Assembly: GCA_036172245.1 (NCBI GenBank)
Contig: JAYWIR010000008.1
Span: forward strand, 3,038,001 to 3,102,000
Direction of reading: 5' to 3'
Source: Raillietiella orientalis
Taxonomy: Eukaryota
Length of the DNA stretch: 64,000 nucleotides
The position numbers and the translations under genes are program-made. The notes beneath the pieces are model-generated. The model searched no databases. It was not told where the DNA came from and worked only from the letters and a program-made list of their open reading frames with translations. Shown here piece by piece: positions 13,001-27,100 of this stretch. Positions within the stretch are counted from its first letter, which is position 1, and each line of letters opens with the position of its first letter.

Positions 13001-16000
13001 GCGAAAAAAAATAAACTGGCAAGTGACCCTTTGTTCGAATGTCGGGGCGCGCGAGATGCGTCGGAGTGAGAGCGGGGAAGAGGGGAGGTTGTGGGGGGTG
13101 GGGGGGAGAGGGGGCGGAATAACCGGGGACCGCCGAGCGGCAGGAGGACGGTCGCGATCCGTCGCAACCCGAAAAGCGCCCACGGGGTCCCGGGAGCGAC
13201 TCGCGCGAAAGGGAGATGGGAAGGGAAGATTTTCGCGACCACCCGCGCGCGCGCGGGCGGGTGCGCAGCGGACGGAAGGGTGAAGCGAGGAGGAGGCGGA
13301 GAGAAAGAGTCGAAAAGGACGGGGAATCCCTTCCTACTTTCCACCCACTTCCCCTCGACCACACCCCACTGCCGCCTCACGAGCGTTTAGGGCCGCCCGG
13401 TCGCAGATCCCCAAGCGCGCGTGCACGAGTCACGAGCCTTGCAGGTGAGGGGCCCACCGGCCCCGAGCGCGTGGCAGCATGGCTCGCGGCGCCCTGGGGC
13501 TCGGCCATGTCACCGTCACCGAGCCTCCACTACTCTTCCTCCTTTCCTCCCTCCCTAATTTTCTTTCTCCTCCTCCTTCCTTCCCCCTTCCTGCTGCCCT
13601 TTCTCACCCACCCACCCCTACCCACTTCCTTCCTCTTCTTCATCTTTCACTTCTTTCCTATTTCTCTCCCCTTTTCCTTCATCTTCCATCTCCCCCCCTC
13701 TTCTCTCTCCTCGTCCACCTTTCCTCTTCTACGTCCTCCTTCCTTCCTGGTTTCCTCGTCCCTTTCTACCCCCCCCTCGTCCTCCCAGCCGGCCCGTGCA
13801 TCCGAGGGTTCGGAGGATCCGGAAGACATCAGGAAGCGGTCGTGGTCACCCGCTGAGTGGCTCCTTAGCCTCGCCTCTGCCCCGCTTCCCCCGCCCTCGT
13901 CTCTTTCCCTCTGCCACCCGGTCCACAAGAAGGGCGCAGACGAGGCAAGCGCATCCGTCCAGGCGTCGCGCCACCCTATCCTAAGCTCGGGATTTCCAGG
14001 TCCCGTCCGCCAACTCCCTAACTGCCAGGAAACTCAGGGCTGCCTGTGATCCAAGAGAGGGCAGCGGAAGAAAAACGCCGCATTACCCCAGATTTGCCCC
14101 TTTCCCCTTTCTCTCTCCTCCACAGGGAGTCGGAGGCTGAGGACTCACGTTCCGTAGAGGAGGGAGGTTAGCACTCTCTTATCCCGCCGGCGGCTGGGTC
14201 CGCCCATTGGTCGTCTTCCCTATGGAGGACCTACCCTTGGCGGTTGCCACGGAGCGCCCGAGAGCTGCCGGAGCGATTGCCGGACGGCGGACGCCGCCGC
14301 CGCCGCCTCCTACGGGACCACCTTCATCTCCCGAGGTTGCCACGGTGAACGGCAAACGAAACGCGGGCCTTCCGAGCAGAGGGAGCGGGCAAGAGGAAAA
14401 TGCGCGACCTTACTCTTCTTCTCCCTCAGAGGTCAGCCGCCGCCCTTGCTCGCGCGCGCATCCCCCTCTGCGTCTAAGTGAGGGCGCCAGAGTGAGGGTC
14501 CCCCCCCGCACCGCCGGGAAGCGCGCGTCCTACAGGGGAGGAGCAGCGGCGAGGCGCCGCAGCGGACGTTGGCGGGAGGGAGCGGCGGCGACGCGGGGGC
14601 AAACCGAAAGCGAGGAGGATGACGCGCGCACGTCGGGCTGGGAGCCTCCAGGAGAGGAGCGTGCGTGCCGTGGGGGGAATAATCCCGTCCCGAAATGATC
14701 GACGTTATCACGGGGCGGGCGTTCGTTCCGGCGGCGTCAGCCTTCCCCGGGGTTCGTTCTCATGTCAAACACGTCAAAGATCCGTATCTCGCGCGTGCAC
14801 CGGGAGAGGTTGCTTGGGAACCGCGCGCCGATCCCATTCTGCTGCTTCCCCAACGATTTTCCCTCTTTCTGTCCTCCTCCTTCCTTCCGTCTGCTTTTTT
14901 TTTTTTTTTTTTTGCCCCTCCTTCTCCCTTTCCTTCCCTTCCCTTTCCGCATCCCCTTCCTTCGGTCGGACTTCCGCCGGAGGGCTCCCGCGCTTCCGGC
15001 TTGGGGCGATGGGGGACGGGTCGGCCGTAACGAGGGAGAAGGGGGAGGGGCGTCTTGTCCCGTGTGCCCGCTCCCCGGCGCGCGATTCCCTCCGCTTCCT
15101 CAGTTCTCTTTCAGCCGGCCCCGACCTCGTTGCGAAAGACCCGTCCCCACTGAGCGCCGTTTCGGGTCTTGCGGCCCGCGCTCGCCCTCGCCTCCCGGAG
15201 GCGCGCCGCTCGGGCCCCCTAGGGGAAGGAACGGCAGTGACAAAGAGGGAAGGGGGGTTCCTCCCGCTCCCCTGGCGGCAGGCGACAAGGAGGAGCTGCA
15301 GGAGCGGCATCCGCCCCTCCCCAACCGCGTCACGGGAGGGCGCTGGGCGCGACGGCGGCAGCGGTCGACTCCGCTCCTCGCCGCTTGCGGCCGCCCTTCC
15401 TCCTAGAGGGAACCTAGCCCCATCCCCTCCTCCCTTTCTTTTCCTTTCTTTTTCCACCTCCTCCTCCCAGCACGGGCACAAAGGGAGCGCATGTCCCGGG
15501 AACAATGGCCCCGCACAGGGAGGCAGGCGGTGGTGCCCGCAACGCGGCGCAAGCCGGAGGGGCTCCCGGCAGCGGCAGCAGCAGCAGCAGTGCCCCGCTC
15601 GCGGAAAACACGCCGCAGCGACCGGGGAGGACCAAAGTTTCTCTCCCGGAAGGCGGGGTGAGCAGGGCACCAGGAGGAGGCAGCGGAATCTCTGCTCCTC
15701 CTCCTTTGCCCGGCGCGAGAGCACGGCGAGGTCAGGGACGGGCCGTCAGCCCCGGAGGAAACCCAAAGACGAGGAACGTGCGAGGGAGTGCGCGCCGACG
15801 TTCCCTTCCCGCCTACTCCAGAAGGGCTCAGGGAACACAGGCACCCCGCTCCCCCTTGCTACAGATGGAAGCTGAGCTCCTCTTCGGTCTGGATTCCAAG
15901 CTCTCCTTGCAGACTTCTGTCTCCCCGGACAGAGCACTCTCGGGGGTGTCTGAGCGGGACGCTAGGGGGAGTCGGGCAGGATCGAAAAAATCGATAATTT

Positions 16001-16164
16001 TCTCTTCGATTGCCATCTGGTTCAGGAAGATCGGGAAAAAGAACGCCCTGCAGTTATCCCGCCGCATTGCCGCATCCCTCTGAACCCTAGACGCCTCGGG
16101 AGGAACAACACGAATACTTCCAGAGAAGCCCCCTTTCCCTCCTCCTCTCTTCTTCACCGTCACC

Positions 16165-16530
16165 GTCCAACCACCTCCAGCTGGTCGGATTGTAAAGGAC
16201 GAAGCCGATTTCCAGTATCCGTCCGTTTCCGGACAAGGAGGGCGGGGAGCTCCTGAGAGAGGCAGGAAGAGGAACCATGCTCCGACGGTCCCAGATCACG
16301 TGCAGCAAGCATCTCGAGAGTTCCGGCGGATCCCTTTAGAAGTAGACAAGAGGGAAGGGGTGGTTGTGGGAGAGAAGGGCCAAATCTCCCTACTCCCTCC
16401 ACGTGGGCGCGTCGCTGCGATGGCATCCTTGAGTAACATCCTGGAACTGGACCGAAGTGGCCGGTTAAGACGGGTGGGGACCCTCTGCCTACGTACTCCC
16501 TCCTCCTTTCCTTCACAGACCCCGCTCTCT
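16165..16530 (+). mobile_element. Possible decayed THAP-domain (P-element-type) relic
   Basis: Fragments fall in THAP order: PTTSSWSDCK (16167), RPFPDK (FP at 16226), ITCSKHL (CSKH at 16301-16312; THAP vCS.HF) and TPSSFP (AVPsiF-like, ~16495). The conserved W and the first C are missing. Confidence 0.25.
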
Positions 16531-19500
16531 CCCCAGAGGAAGAACCAAGCGGCTCCTCCGCGCACCCTCCATCGCTTCCCCAGGGCGGGGGAATAGCATG
16601 CAAGATCCCTCTCTGGTATTCAGGAACTGCCGACTCTTCGCACCTTGGAGGGAGGGGAGGGGAGGCGAGGCACTCCTATCAGGATTGGGCCGGCTCCGCC
16701 TGAGGAAGGAGAGGTACTTCCTCGAGAATCCCTTTCCTTCCCGGCTGCCGCTTCCCGACCGCTCTGGGGAAAGTCCTCTAGCAGTGGCAGCCAACGCAGC
16801 GGGAAGCGGTTGGATGCCCGTAGGAGTGGCCTTTGAGGGAAGAGGGAGGAGGGCTGCCGCGCATCGTCTCTTCGCTTTCTCTCCCTGCGCCTCGCTTTCC
16901 GACTTCCACCCTTTCAACCGCGTCCCGGAGGTTCATCCAGCATCCGCCACGCTTTCGCGCCGCTTTTCGGGAGGGCTTCGATGCGAGCGTGGGGTCGATC
17001 TTCTCCTCCCCCTTCTCCCTCGCAGGGAGCGAGGAAAGGAAATGGCTTTTTCTCTTCGAGTCTGAGCGGGGAGGCCATGAAGAAGGGGCGCACTCCTTCC
17101 AGACGGCCTCGGGGTGTCCGCAAGGGACCCATCCGGGAGAGGAAAGGACTCAGAGACTGAAAGGAGGGGTCCACCCACTTTCTCCTCTCTGTTTCTGCCC
17201 CCTCCTCCTTCCCCGCTCCCCAGTGGACCCATTCGATCCCTCGGACGCGCACCTTTCCCAGGTTCAATTCCTGTGGTCTTTTCTTCTCTCTCTTTCCCTC
17301 CAGCCGCCATCGCGAGTATCCCCGAACGGTCAGCAGGAGAAATGAGGATCCAGAAGGGAAGAAGAAAAGGAGGAAGAAAGAGGATGGGGAAATGGGGAAG
17401 GAGGTAGGAAGGAGAAGGGAGGACGTAGAAGGGAAAAGAGGGGAGAAGAGGGAGGAAAGAGGAGGAGGAAGAGCAGTCAGAGAAAGAGAGTCGGAACGCC
17501 AACGGTTTAAATCTGAGACTGGCGGATGTATTGAGCCTCCGGGAAGGTCTCACTGCCTCTCTGCTTCTCCCCAACGTTCTGGGAAGTGGGACCGAAAAAA
17601 ACTGGGGCAGTTCCTCATGTTTTTCGGTTTCACCCGTCAGTTTCCCTCCTTCTCCTTCTTCCCGCTTTCCTTGCTCACGGGCTTCTTCTTCGCCCTTCCG
17701 GCGGTAGCAGCATCTGCATCTGCCGCTGCGGCTCCTGTTGCTGCGGGATGCGGATTCCTCCGCAGCAGCGCACTTTGCCCGAAAACCCAGAGGTCATGGG
17801 CAGGGCGACATCCGAAACCGAGGCTTGCCGCCGCCGCCGCCAAGCGAAACCCCCTCCGTGGCGACCGAGGCGCTCTCTTCCGGAGGGTGGCGGCAGGAGG
17901 AGGAGGAGGAGGAGGAGGAGGAGAAGGAGGAGGGAGGGCGGGTTCACCCCTCCCCTCTTCCCTCCTCCGAGCGTGCGTGTCATGTCGACGGCGACGTGCA
18001 GTCGTTTTTCGTGGGGGGGGAACTGCGGCGTGCGTTCGTCCGCCCCCGCCCCGCGCGTGCGCCGCTTCTGCCCTCCCACCCGCCGCCTCCGAGCTGCTCG
18101 CTCCCACTCTCCCTCATTCCTCCCCTTCGTTCCTCCTCTTCCTCCTCTTTTCACGGGGAGCATGCGCCTCAAGATGGCGGCGGTCGCTGGTGGCGGCGAC
18201 GGTGACGAGTGCGCTCTTTTTCTCTTCCCTGCTGCTCGAAAACTCCGCCGTGAGGCAGCACCTCCACCCCCCTGGCTCCCGCGTGCGTCTTCCCGGCTTC
18301 AGCGACCATCCCGTCCTACCCACTCCAAGCCCTCCATGTATTAGTGGCAGACAATGAGCTCTCTCAGCGACAGCTTCAGCAATAGGAAGGGGGGAGGGAG
18401 GGGGGAGGAACCGTTGCCGCTCCTCTTCCTGCATCTCAAAAAAGGAGGAAAGGAAAACACGGGAAACTCGAAAAGAGGAGAGAAAGGTCGGAAAACAAAG
18501 GAGCCGCCGCGTGTGCGCGCGCGACGGTGAGTGCAAAGAGTTGAAGGCCAAGCCGCGAGGGTTCCCGGACAGGCCGGCTCGCTCGCCCGTGCGCGCGCTC
18601 GCGGGTGAGCGAGCCCGAACCTGCCCGCCGTTTTGTTCCCGCGCCGGGGCGGGGAGGCGCCTTGCTGCCCTCACGGGGGGTCACAGCTGCGAGGGCAGCT
18701 GACAGCCCGGCGGTGCGCTCTCGATGGGTCTCTTTCTTTTCCCTCTTCTCTTCTTTCCTTCCCTTTCTTCCTCCTCCTCCTCCTCCTCTTTTTTTTTTCT
18801 TTTTTTACTTTTTTTTTTTTTTTCCTTCTCTCCCTTTCTCTTTTGTCACCCCGCTGCGGGCATTCTCGGACTCCACCGCTCTCGTTCGTTCTGGAATTCC
18901 TCGCCGGATGGCGCGCGCGCTAGCGAGAGGCGGGGAACCACGAGCTTGCGCGATGCCACGGAAGGGCAGGGGAAAGCGAAGCAGCACGGGGAGGAATAAG
19001 GGGGAAGGGGGTCTGGGGGACAGTTGGGGGGAGAGATTGGCCGTAAGAATTTGACAGAGCTTGTTGGGCGAGCGCCTTGCCCCCTTCCCCCTCGTCTTCC
19101 TCGAAAGACAGACGAAGGGAGGATGCGCGAGCATTCAGACAGGTGAACCTCGGACCCCGACCTCTCGGCGAAGAGAAAGCCGAACTTGAAGGCTCTATCC
19201 CTCCCCACCCCATCTCCATCCTCCCTCAATTCCTCTCCTTTCCCTCGTACGGCTGTGACAGAAGTTTCCTCCTCGTCCCTTTCCGTTGGCTTCCAGCTCC
19301 TTCACATGAAGCAGCAGCTGCTGCTGCCCGTGAGGGAGGAAAGATCCAGTCACAGCTGCCGAGGACCTGAGGATGGACCTACCCTCTTCTTCCTCTTTCC
19401 CCCCCTCCCTCTCCCTTCATCCTTGAGAGAAAAGACGCTCGCCGCCGTCACAGCCGTTCCTTCCTCTTCCATCCCGTCCTCGTCTCGAGATAGGTTGTAC

Positions 19501-21166
19501 GTTGGGAGACCTGGTCCCCGAGGTATGAGGAGGAAGAGAGATGAGATGAGACAGTGATGGTGGAGGGGAGGGACATAGAAGGGTCTCAGGAGCTCCTTCT
19601 CTCCCCGAGGGAGGGAAAGAGCAGACGAAGTCTTCGCCTTCCATACTCCTCCTCCCTTTCCAGCCCTTTTTTCCGCCAGGAGGAACACACGAGCTCCCCC
19701 TCCTCTACCCTGTCCCACGAGGACCCTGCTTTGAGCTCGCGAAGGAGGAGGGGGTGAGAAGGAAAATTCCCTGGAGATTTCCTTGGGCTGAAGCCCAGCG
19801 TCAGGCTGATCCGGGAGCAGCGTCTCAAAAGGACGGAAATGCCAATAGAGAAGGGAAGGGAGGGAAGAGCAACCTTCCGAAGGTTCCTTGCTCCCCTTCT
19901 GGTTCCTCGCAAGCGGTCGGGGAGCTTCCGCAGGTGAGGGAGGCGGGGACAGGGAAAAGAAAAGGGAGACCGGTGGAAGTGAAGGGGGCAAAGGGGGGTG
20001 CTTCCGCAGGAGTTGGTCACGTGCTGCCAGCGGTTGGGCGCCGCTGCCGCATCTCCCACCCCTGGAAAAGGCGATATCTGGGGCAGCGGCAGCGCTGATG
20101 AGCGGGGAAGGGTCCACTCCCCCCCCCCTTTTCTCCCCTTTTGGAGCGCGCGAGCGACCAAGGAAGCGCGTTTGCCCGTTCCGCTTCGCTCGGTGCGCGA
20201 GCCGGCGCTGGTGGCCCGTCGCCTTGGCAACGGCATGGAGCGTGCGGCGCCTGCCAACCGGCGCTTCCCGCTCGCCACGCGGTCAGAGCTCCCCGCCCTT
20301 CCTCCCTTTTTTTTACTTCCGGGAGCTGGCGGCAGAGCCACGCCATCCCGGGCGAAGGGGGGGGGGAGCCATCGGTTCCGGACGATCGGCTCGCCACCCA
20401 GCCGCGACGCGGTGTGCGCGTTCGGGAACACGTCCTGGGGGAAGCGAGCCCGGCGAAGCACGCAGATCTGTGGAGAAGGGGTCGGGTGGGACGACCGCGG
20501 CGTTCCCTCTGAGAGAAGGCCGTAAAAGGGAAGAAAAGAAGAAAAAAAAGGGGGAGGAGGGGGAAGAGGGCTGGGGTGCGTTGAGATGACGAACGGAGGT
20601 GGTGGAGGTCGAGGGGACGCCCCGCCCTTCCCCGCGGAAAAGGTGAGAGCAGGCTGCGTTCCTCCTCGCCTTTCCTCACCCCCATCACCACCCCTCTCCG
20701 GCCCCCGTTGCGAAGGGAGGAGGGAAAGGGCGTTCGCGGGGAAAGGGGGAAGGACGTCCTGCGGTGCATCCGACCCCGCTCTCGAGCTGCTGCCCTCCGG
20801 AAACCCTGACCACGGCATGGGTGCTCCTACGATTGCACGCGTGCCGTGGACGGCGGCAGACCTCGGCCAGGGGGAGCCGGCCCTTCTGCTTCCGGCTTCC
20901 TTCCGGTCGCGTGCGCGTCTTCCAGTCATCAGGAAGCCGATGCTAGCGCCCTCATCCGCCTAACTTCTCCTCCCATCCGATGGACCGCCCCCTTTCCCCT
21001 CTAGAGGGACAGGAGGAAGTGGCGGGATGGGGGGAAGAGAAGGGTGAGGGTGTCCCTCCCTCACAGCGAGACGCCTCAGGTAGTGCTAAAAATAGAATCC
21101 TTTATTCCGCGCGAGGGTCACGCGCATCTTTGGTTACACGTGGGGCCGGCATCCCCCAGCCCGGAG

Positions 21167-24100
21167 TCACCACAGAGGGCCTTCTTGGATTGGGGGGGGA
21201 TATCCCACCCCCAGGGTGGGCGGAAAGGACTTCCTCTTCAGGTCGTGGGGAGGAAACCTCGCCCCGAGGGTGGCGGCCTCGGACTGAGGCGGGAAGCCTC
21301 CGGCGCCGCTTCCCGGGTGGCCGAACGGGAGCTCCGGGTTGAGATCTGCCGAGAAAGAGAGAGGAGGAACTGCAGTCCGTGATCCAGAAAGTTCCCCCGG
21401 ACGGGGTGGGGGGTGGGGGAGAAGGTGACTTACCTGGAGGGAAGGGAGGGCACTTGTCCACGGGACCGCCGCCAAAGAAGGTGTCGTAGCAGGAAGGATT
21501 GCAGAACACGAGTTCCTCGGAGGGCACTTCGTCCGCGAGGGGGCGGGGATAGAAGCGGCACTTGTCGAAGAGCTCGGGCCGCTCTTCGGGGGAGCCAGCC
21601 GCCCCCCCGGGGAAGAGGGGAAACCTCGCGAAACCCTCGCCGGGGCGCGCCGGCTTCCTCGGGTGCCGGCAGAAGCTGCGCCTAACGTGGAACGCCGTCA
21701 GCTGCTTCATGCGCCGCTCCTTGCTGCGTCGGTTTTGGAACCACACCTTTACCAGAAAAGGGGAAAGAAGGGGCGAGTCTTTTTTTCCGGCCCCGAGATC
21801 TCGCCCCGCCGCCGCTCCGTTCTCCCCGAAGGCAGGCCGCGGCGGCGGTGGCGCCTCCAGCCTGCGGCAGCACCCACCTGGATGACGCGCATGTTTAGCC
21901 CCGTGTCCTTGGCGAGCTGCTCCCGGATGTGCCGGGTCGGCTTGGGGGTCGCGGCGAAGGCGGCCTTCAGCACCTCCAGCTGCTTGGCCTTTATGGTGGT
22001 GCGCGGCCCGCGCCTCTTCCCGTTCATCTCCACGTCCTTGCGGTCCTCGTTCGAGGCGGGGGATTCGCTCTTCTCCTCGAACTTCTGCTTGTCCGGGGGA
22101 CCGCAGGCCGAATGCTTAGGGACGCCGTCTTTCCCGTTCGACGCGGAAAAGTCCCCCGGGCTGTCCTCGTTGCTCAGTAGGTCGAGAGACTGGGGGCTGC
22201 TGCTGCCGACGCTCACGGAGTTGGCGTCCGCGGAGCCATCAGCGTGGGCGAATTTCTTCTCCGTCCCGTCGTCGTCGTAGTCGTCCTCCGAAGACACCGA
22301 AGACGCCTCCGAACCTGCGACCCCGCCACAGGGGGAAAAAGGGCATCATCATCACTCGTCGCGTTGATCCCGGCTCCTTCCGCGGAGCGCCAGCCTACCG
22401 ATACGGAGGAGGAAAAACTTCCTCCGCGTCTTTCGGGTGTGCTCCTCCGCCTGCCCCTCGCCACAGAGGCACCATCGAATCCATGGCCCCTTGCGCGGTT
22501 CCCGCCATCTTCCCTCTCCCCCAATCCCCCTTCCTCTTCTTCCTTTTCCTCCTTCCACAGCCGTCGCCGCGTGGCGCCTTCGTGCCCGTCCTCCTGCGCT
22601 TGCGCACGCGCTCCACGATTCGCTTGCTCATGCGCGCGAGCATCGCACGCCGATTTGCATCCGCGCCTCGCGTCTCCATTATTTAGCGAGCTGATGACAA
22701 GAAGGCCCGGCGGGCAGCTGGTCTCCCCCAGCGTTTGGGCCTCGGAGCAGGCGCTGGCGACATTAGCCGGGATGCTGGAAAGCAGGCCGATCAGAGGGCG
22801 GCAGCAGCTGCAAGCAGTCCCGGTCACGCTCCCCTGAACGCGCGCGTCGATGGGGGAGGGGAGAGGAGGGGGAGGAGATCTAGAGGAAACCGCGGGTTTT
22901 CCAGCGGGAGAAAAGGGTACGCGGGTAAACGCATTTTCGCGTCACCCTGGGACATGACGGGTGCATCCGCCACCCCCGCCGTCCTGTCCGCCACGTGCGC
23001 GCTTCCACGGGCAACTGGGAACGCCCCGCACCCCTACCGCCAGGACCCCACTCCTCTCAAAGAGTCGTGGCGACCAACGGGTGGGAGGAGATCGATCTCC
23101 TCCTGCCTGCCCTCGCAGGCGTTGATGGATCCAATCCAGAAGGCCAGCTCTGGACTGTTTCCGCCCACCTCTCTTCGCCGCCGGACCGGTCTGACTCGCG
23201 AGTTCCCGCGGAAGAATGCAGGAAGGGACAGTGGTCTCCTATGATGGTACGGGTGGAGGAACATCGCCGCCCACGGCGCTCCGCACCCCCTGGAAGGGGA
23301 GCACCGGTGGGAGCGGAACTGCGGAGAGCGGCGCAGGACCAAGGGGGGAACTACTGCATTCCCGTGCCAAGCCCACTGGTCTCCTTCTCCTTCTCAGTTT
23401 CTCCCTTCTTCCCCTGCCCTCCTCCCTCGTTTCCGCTCTCCTTCGGCACACGAGCGCTCTCGAGTTTCGCTCAGGAGCTTTCGTTCGCCAGCGTCGCTTG
23501 GCAACGAGCCTGGACAGGGAGCGCACAGAGCTCTCGGAAGACGGCCAGAGAACACAAAGAGGACCGAGAGAAGAGTGCTGGGAGGGACTGCGGGCAGACG
23601 CTACCCAGCTCCCCAGGAAGGAGGATCGTGGGAGCTGGATGAGGAACAGAGGGCCGCCTCCCTTTCTCACTTTGTTTCCGCCGGAAGCGGATGTCGTTCT
23701 ACCCCCAGGACAGGGGCAACCGGCCCCAGCATCCCTCGGATTCGCATATCTTCCGGGGGCAGGTCGGGAGCTACCGTCCTCCTCCCTCAGTTTCATCCGC
23801 GTCTCCGAAGGACGTTTCCGAGGAGGGGAGAAGAAAAAAGATCCTTCCCCCCATCCCCCAACCCTTCCCACCCTCCCTCGAGGGAAGCGGACGCGTGCTT
23901 CCTGAGCCGAACTGCAGGGAGGGAGCCTGGAGCGAGCGTTCCGTTTTCCCGACGAGCCGGGAGAGCGCTCCCTGCCCGCAGTTCGCGGCGGCGCTCCCGC
24001 ATTGTTCGGCGGCGGCGGAAAAATCTCTCCCTCCCCTCCCCTCCCTCCCTCTCCCTGCCGACCTCGCCCGCTCAGCTGTTCCCGCGACCCCGGGAGAGCA

Positions 24101-27100
24101 GTGCATGCAGAGCGGCTCGCCGCGACACGAGAGCCGGTCGAGGCGCGCCGGAGCTCCGGGGTCTGGGGAGGGGAGGTTCCGGGATGGTTCCAGCGCTCTC
24201 ATGATGCCCTCTTATTCCTCCTCCCGCGCCTTTCACTCCGAAGAATCGCGGTGCCCCATGGAACGAGCAGCGAGGGGGGAGTTGCTCCCGAGTGGATCGC
24301 GGGATCACGGCACTAGCGCCAGAGGGTCGCGTTCCTCCCTCGCCCTCCTCCTCGGAGGAGGTACGGGGAAGGAACGAGTGGCAGAAACATCATCCTGTTC
24401 TCCTACCTCTCCTCCTGCTCCCCTGGCGCTTGTTGTAGTCCTCCACGCAGATGAAGGTGTCGTCCCCCATGGCGTACAGCTGCTGGCCCGTGGACAGCTG
24501 CTTCCGGCATACCACGCAGCGGAAGCACCGTAGGTGAAAGACCTTGCCCTGGGCACGCCGGACCAGGTCGCTTGGAGAGATCCCCTGGCAGCACCCGGCG
24601 CACTTGGTCCCGTACCGCCTGCAAGAGAGAAACCGTAGGAGGACTCTTCCGGGAGCGATTGGGACGGGCGGGTGGCCAGCAAGCCCGCCGGAAGGGGAGG
24701 CTGCGGGAGAGCGGAGCTTCGCCAGATACCCTTTTGCCTCCGCTTCCCTTCGCCGCCCTCGCCACGGTGCCGACCATCGTGCGCTGAACCCTCCCCCCCT
24801 CTCCGTGCCGCCGGAAGCCACCCCGGCAGCAAAGGAAGGGTGGAACCGCGGCGTGCCATGGGAACGCACGGATGCCCCGGAGCGAGTCTCCGGAGGAGAA
24901 AGGGAGGCTGATCTGTGCCCAGCGAAAACAGGGAGGGAGGATGGGGGGGAAGGGACATGGAGCCTGTTTGGGCCTGCAGGGAACGCGAGGGGAGGGTGGG
25001 ATAGGCAGTTCTGCTCTCTGGCTTTGCCTTGCCACCGCTCCTTGGGGAATAGGGCCTCTCCCCGTCTTTCGGTATCCCATCGGCAGGAGAAGTGGGGGAA
25101 GGGAGGAGGGGGAAGGGGGCGTCAGAGAGTGCAAGCGTTTTCCTCCTCCGTCTCCCCAGATTTCCTCTCCTCGCCAAGAAATTCCCGGATGTTTTCCTAT
25201 TCGGGAGAACGCCGGGGGAACCTCAGGACGGGCGGTGGCGGCGGCAGCAAGCGTCCTGGGGGCGAGGTACGATGGCTGGCGCGGGAGAAACGGGTGAGGA
25301 TGAATCCCTCATCTCCCCGAGATCACCTGAGTCCTCGGAACGTCTCCCGGCCGCCGCGAGCTGCGGAGTCGGATGGAGGAGGCGCTGGCAGAGGAACAGC
25401 CGCCTCTGGGAGCGGGCGGAGGCGGAGCATGAAGAATCTGTGCTATGCCGGGAATGCAAGCAGCGAGGTGCACGTGGAAGAAAATCCACGCGGGACGCGC
25501 CAGCGGCGGCGGCGGCGGCGGCAGATGGAACGCCGCGCTTTCGCCCTGCCGTACGAATGCGTGCGCGGCGGGGCGCCGTCACCATGGAAACGGGAGGAGG
25601 AGGGGGGGAGGGAAGGGGTCTCCGAGTGAGCGGACGGGGGCAGCACTTTTCCTGCCCCGCAGAAGGGGCGGCGTCACCACGACGACCACAGAAGGGAAAA
25701 GGGAAAAACAACCGGCAGGAACGACCGAGCGAAGAGACTGGCACGTGGGCGGGGAAGAGGGGTGCGGGTGAGAGGGTGGGGAGATGCGACAGCAGCAGAG
25801 GGAACTCGCGTTTTTCTTTTTTTTTTTATCCCTTCTTTTTTGTGTGCTTCTTTGTGGTTTTTTCCTCTTCCACCGTGGCCGGGGAGGGAGGCAGCTCGAG
25901 GGGAGGTTCACGTCTCCCCGCCAGTGAACCGGTAGACGCCCCCACACCTCCCTGCAGAGACGACGGGGCGCCTCTCTCTCCTCACGGAAAAAGACCTTGC
26001 TCTGCAAGCATAGAGCGGTGGCGCGTCAGGCGGCGGAAGGGGGCAGCACCACGATCGCTCAGGTGGCGACGCGCACCGGAAGTGAGACGCGACGGTCTCA
26101 GAGCGATGAAGCGGCCGATGGCCAGCGGTTCTGTGGCCACTCTCCTCCCGACGAGGTCACCCGGGCGGAGGCTGCCGCGTTCCCTCTCTCGCGCTAGTGG
26201 CGAAGTTTCGGAGGGGTCGCGGAGCCTCCGGCGCGAAGAGCAGCCAGATCGGGTCAGTGCGACGGGCCGACCGATACGGAAGGGGAGACCCTTCTTCCCT
26301 CCTCCTTCTGCAAGATGGAGACAGTTCCTCGAGAACAGATCCCGGCCTCCCCGCGGGAGATTCAGTGAAGGGTTCCATCGAACGGGTTGGCGCCGCCGTC
26401 TCCCTGGCGAGGGAGGAGAAGAGGAAGCACGGGAGCCGCCCCGCGCATTAGCAGATGCCGGATCGCACACCCCTCCAGTCCAACCCTCGTCTTTGGATGC
26501 GGCAGCGGCAGCAACGGCGCTCCCCAACAGCCAGTCCGCCGTGTCCGCCCTCTGATTTCGTGGCCGCCGCTTCGACCCCCCCCCCGGGCAGGCGCCGCAG
26601 CCGCCGGAGGGGGCGAGGAATCTCAATCCGACCGGAGGTCGCCTGCCACATCCTGGAGGTCTGCCACCCATCTCTCTGGGAGGCGACAGGAGGGGCGGAG
26701 AAAAGAAAGGCGAGAGGAGGTGCGCCCCTGCCTCTCCTTCCTCGCATCATCCCGCGAGAGGTCCCACCCGCCGCCACTTCCCCCCGATGGCGGCGCCTCT
26801 TGCCCCGGCCCCAGCCGCCCTCCTTTTCCTTCTTTCCGGGTCGACGCTACTGCCGCCGCCGCCACCTGCCACGAGGGTGCTCGCCCCGCAGACGAGGGCG
26901 CCCCCTCGTTATCTCCCCCGCTCGTCACCCGTCATCCCCCTTTTGTCATGGAGCACACGGCGGAGGCGCGCGGGGCCCAAAGGGAAAGCCGCGCCGCCGA
27001 CCGCCGCAAGGGAAGGGTCGCCCCTTCGCGATGCGGGGGAGCCGGGAGCCACGCAGAGGAGGAAGAGAGGAGAAGCAACCTCCCACGATGCGCGGCCCGA

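Noticed and set aside
2000..21100. Dozens of 150-450 aa ORFs on both strands
   Set aside because: They are Arg/Pro/Gly/Ser-rich, overlap in all frames and contain no recognisable domain. This is expected from stop-codon scarcity in GC-rich low-complexity DNA.
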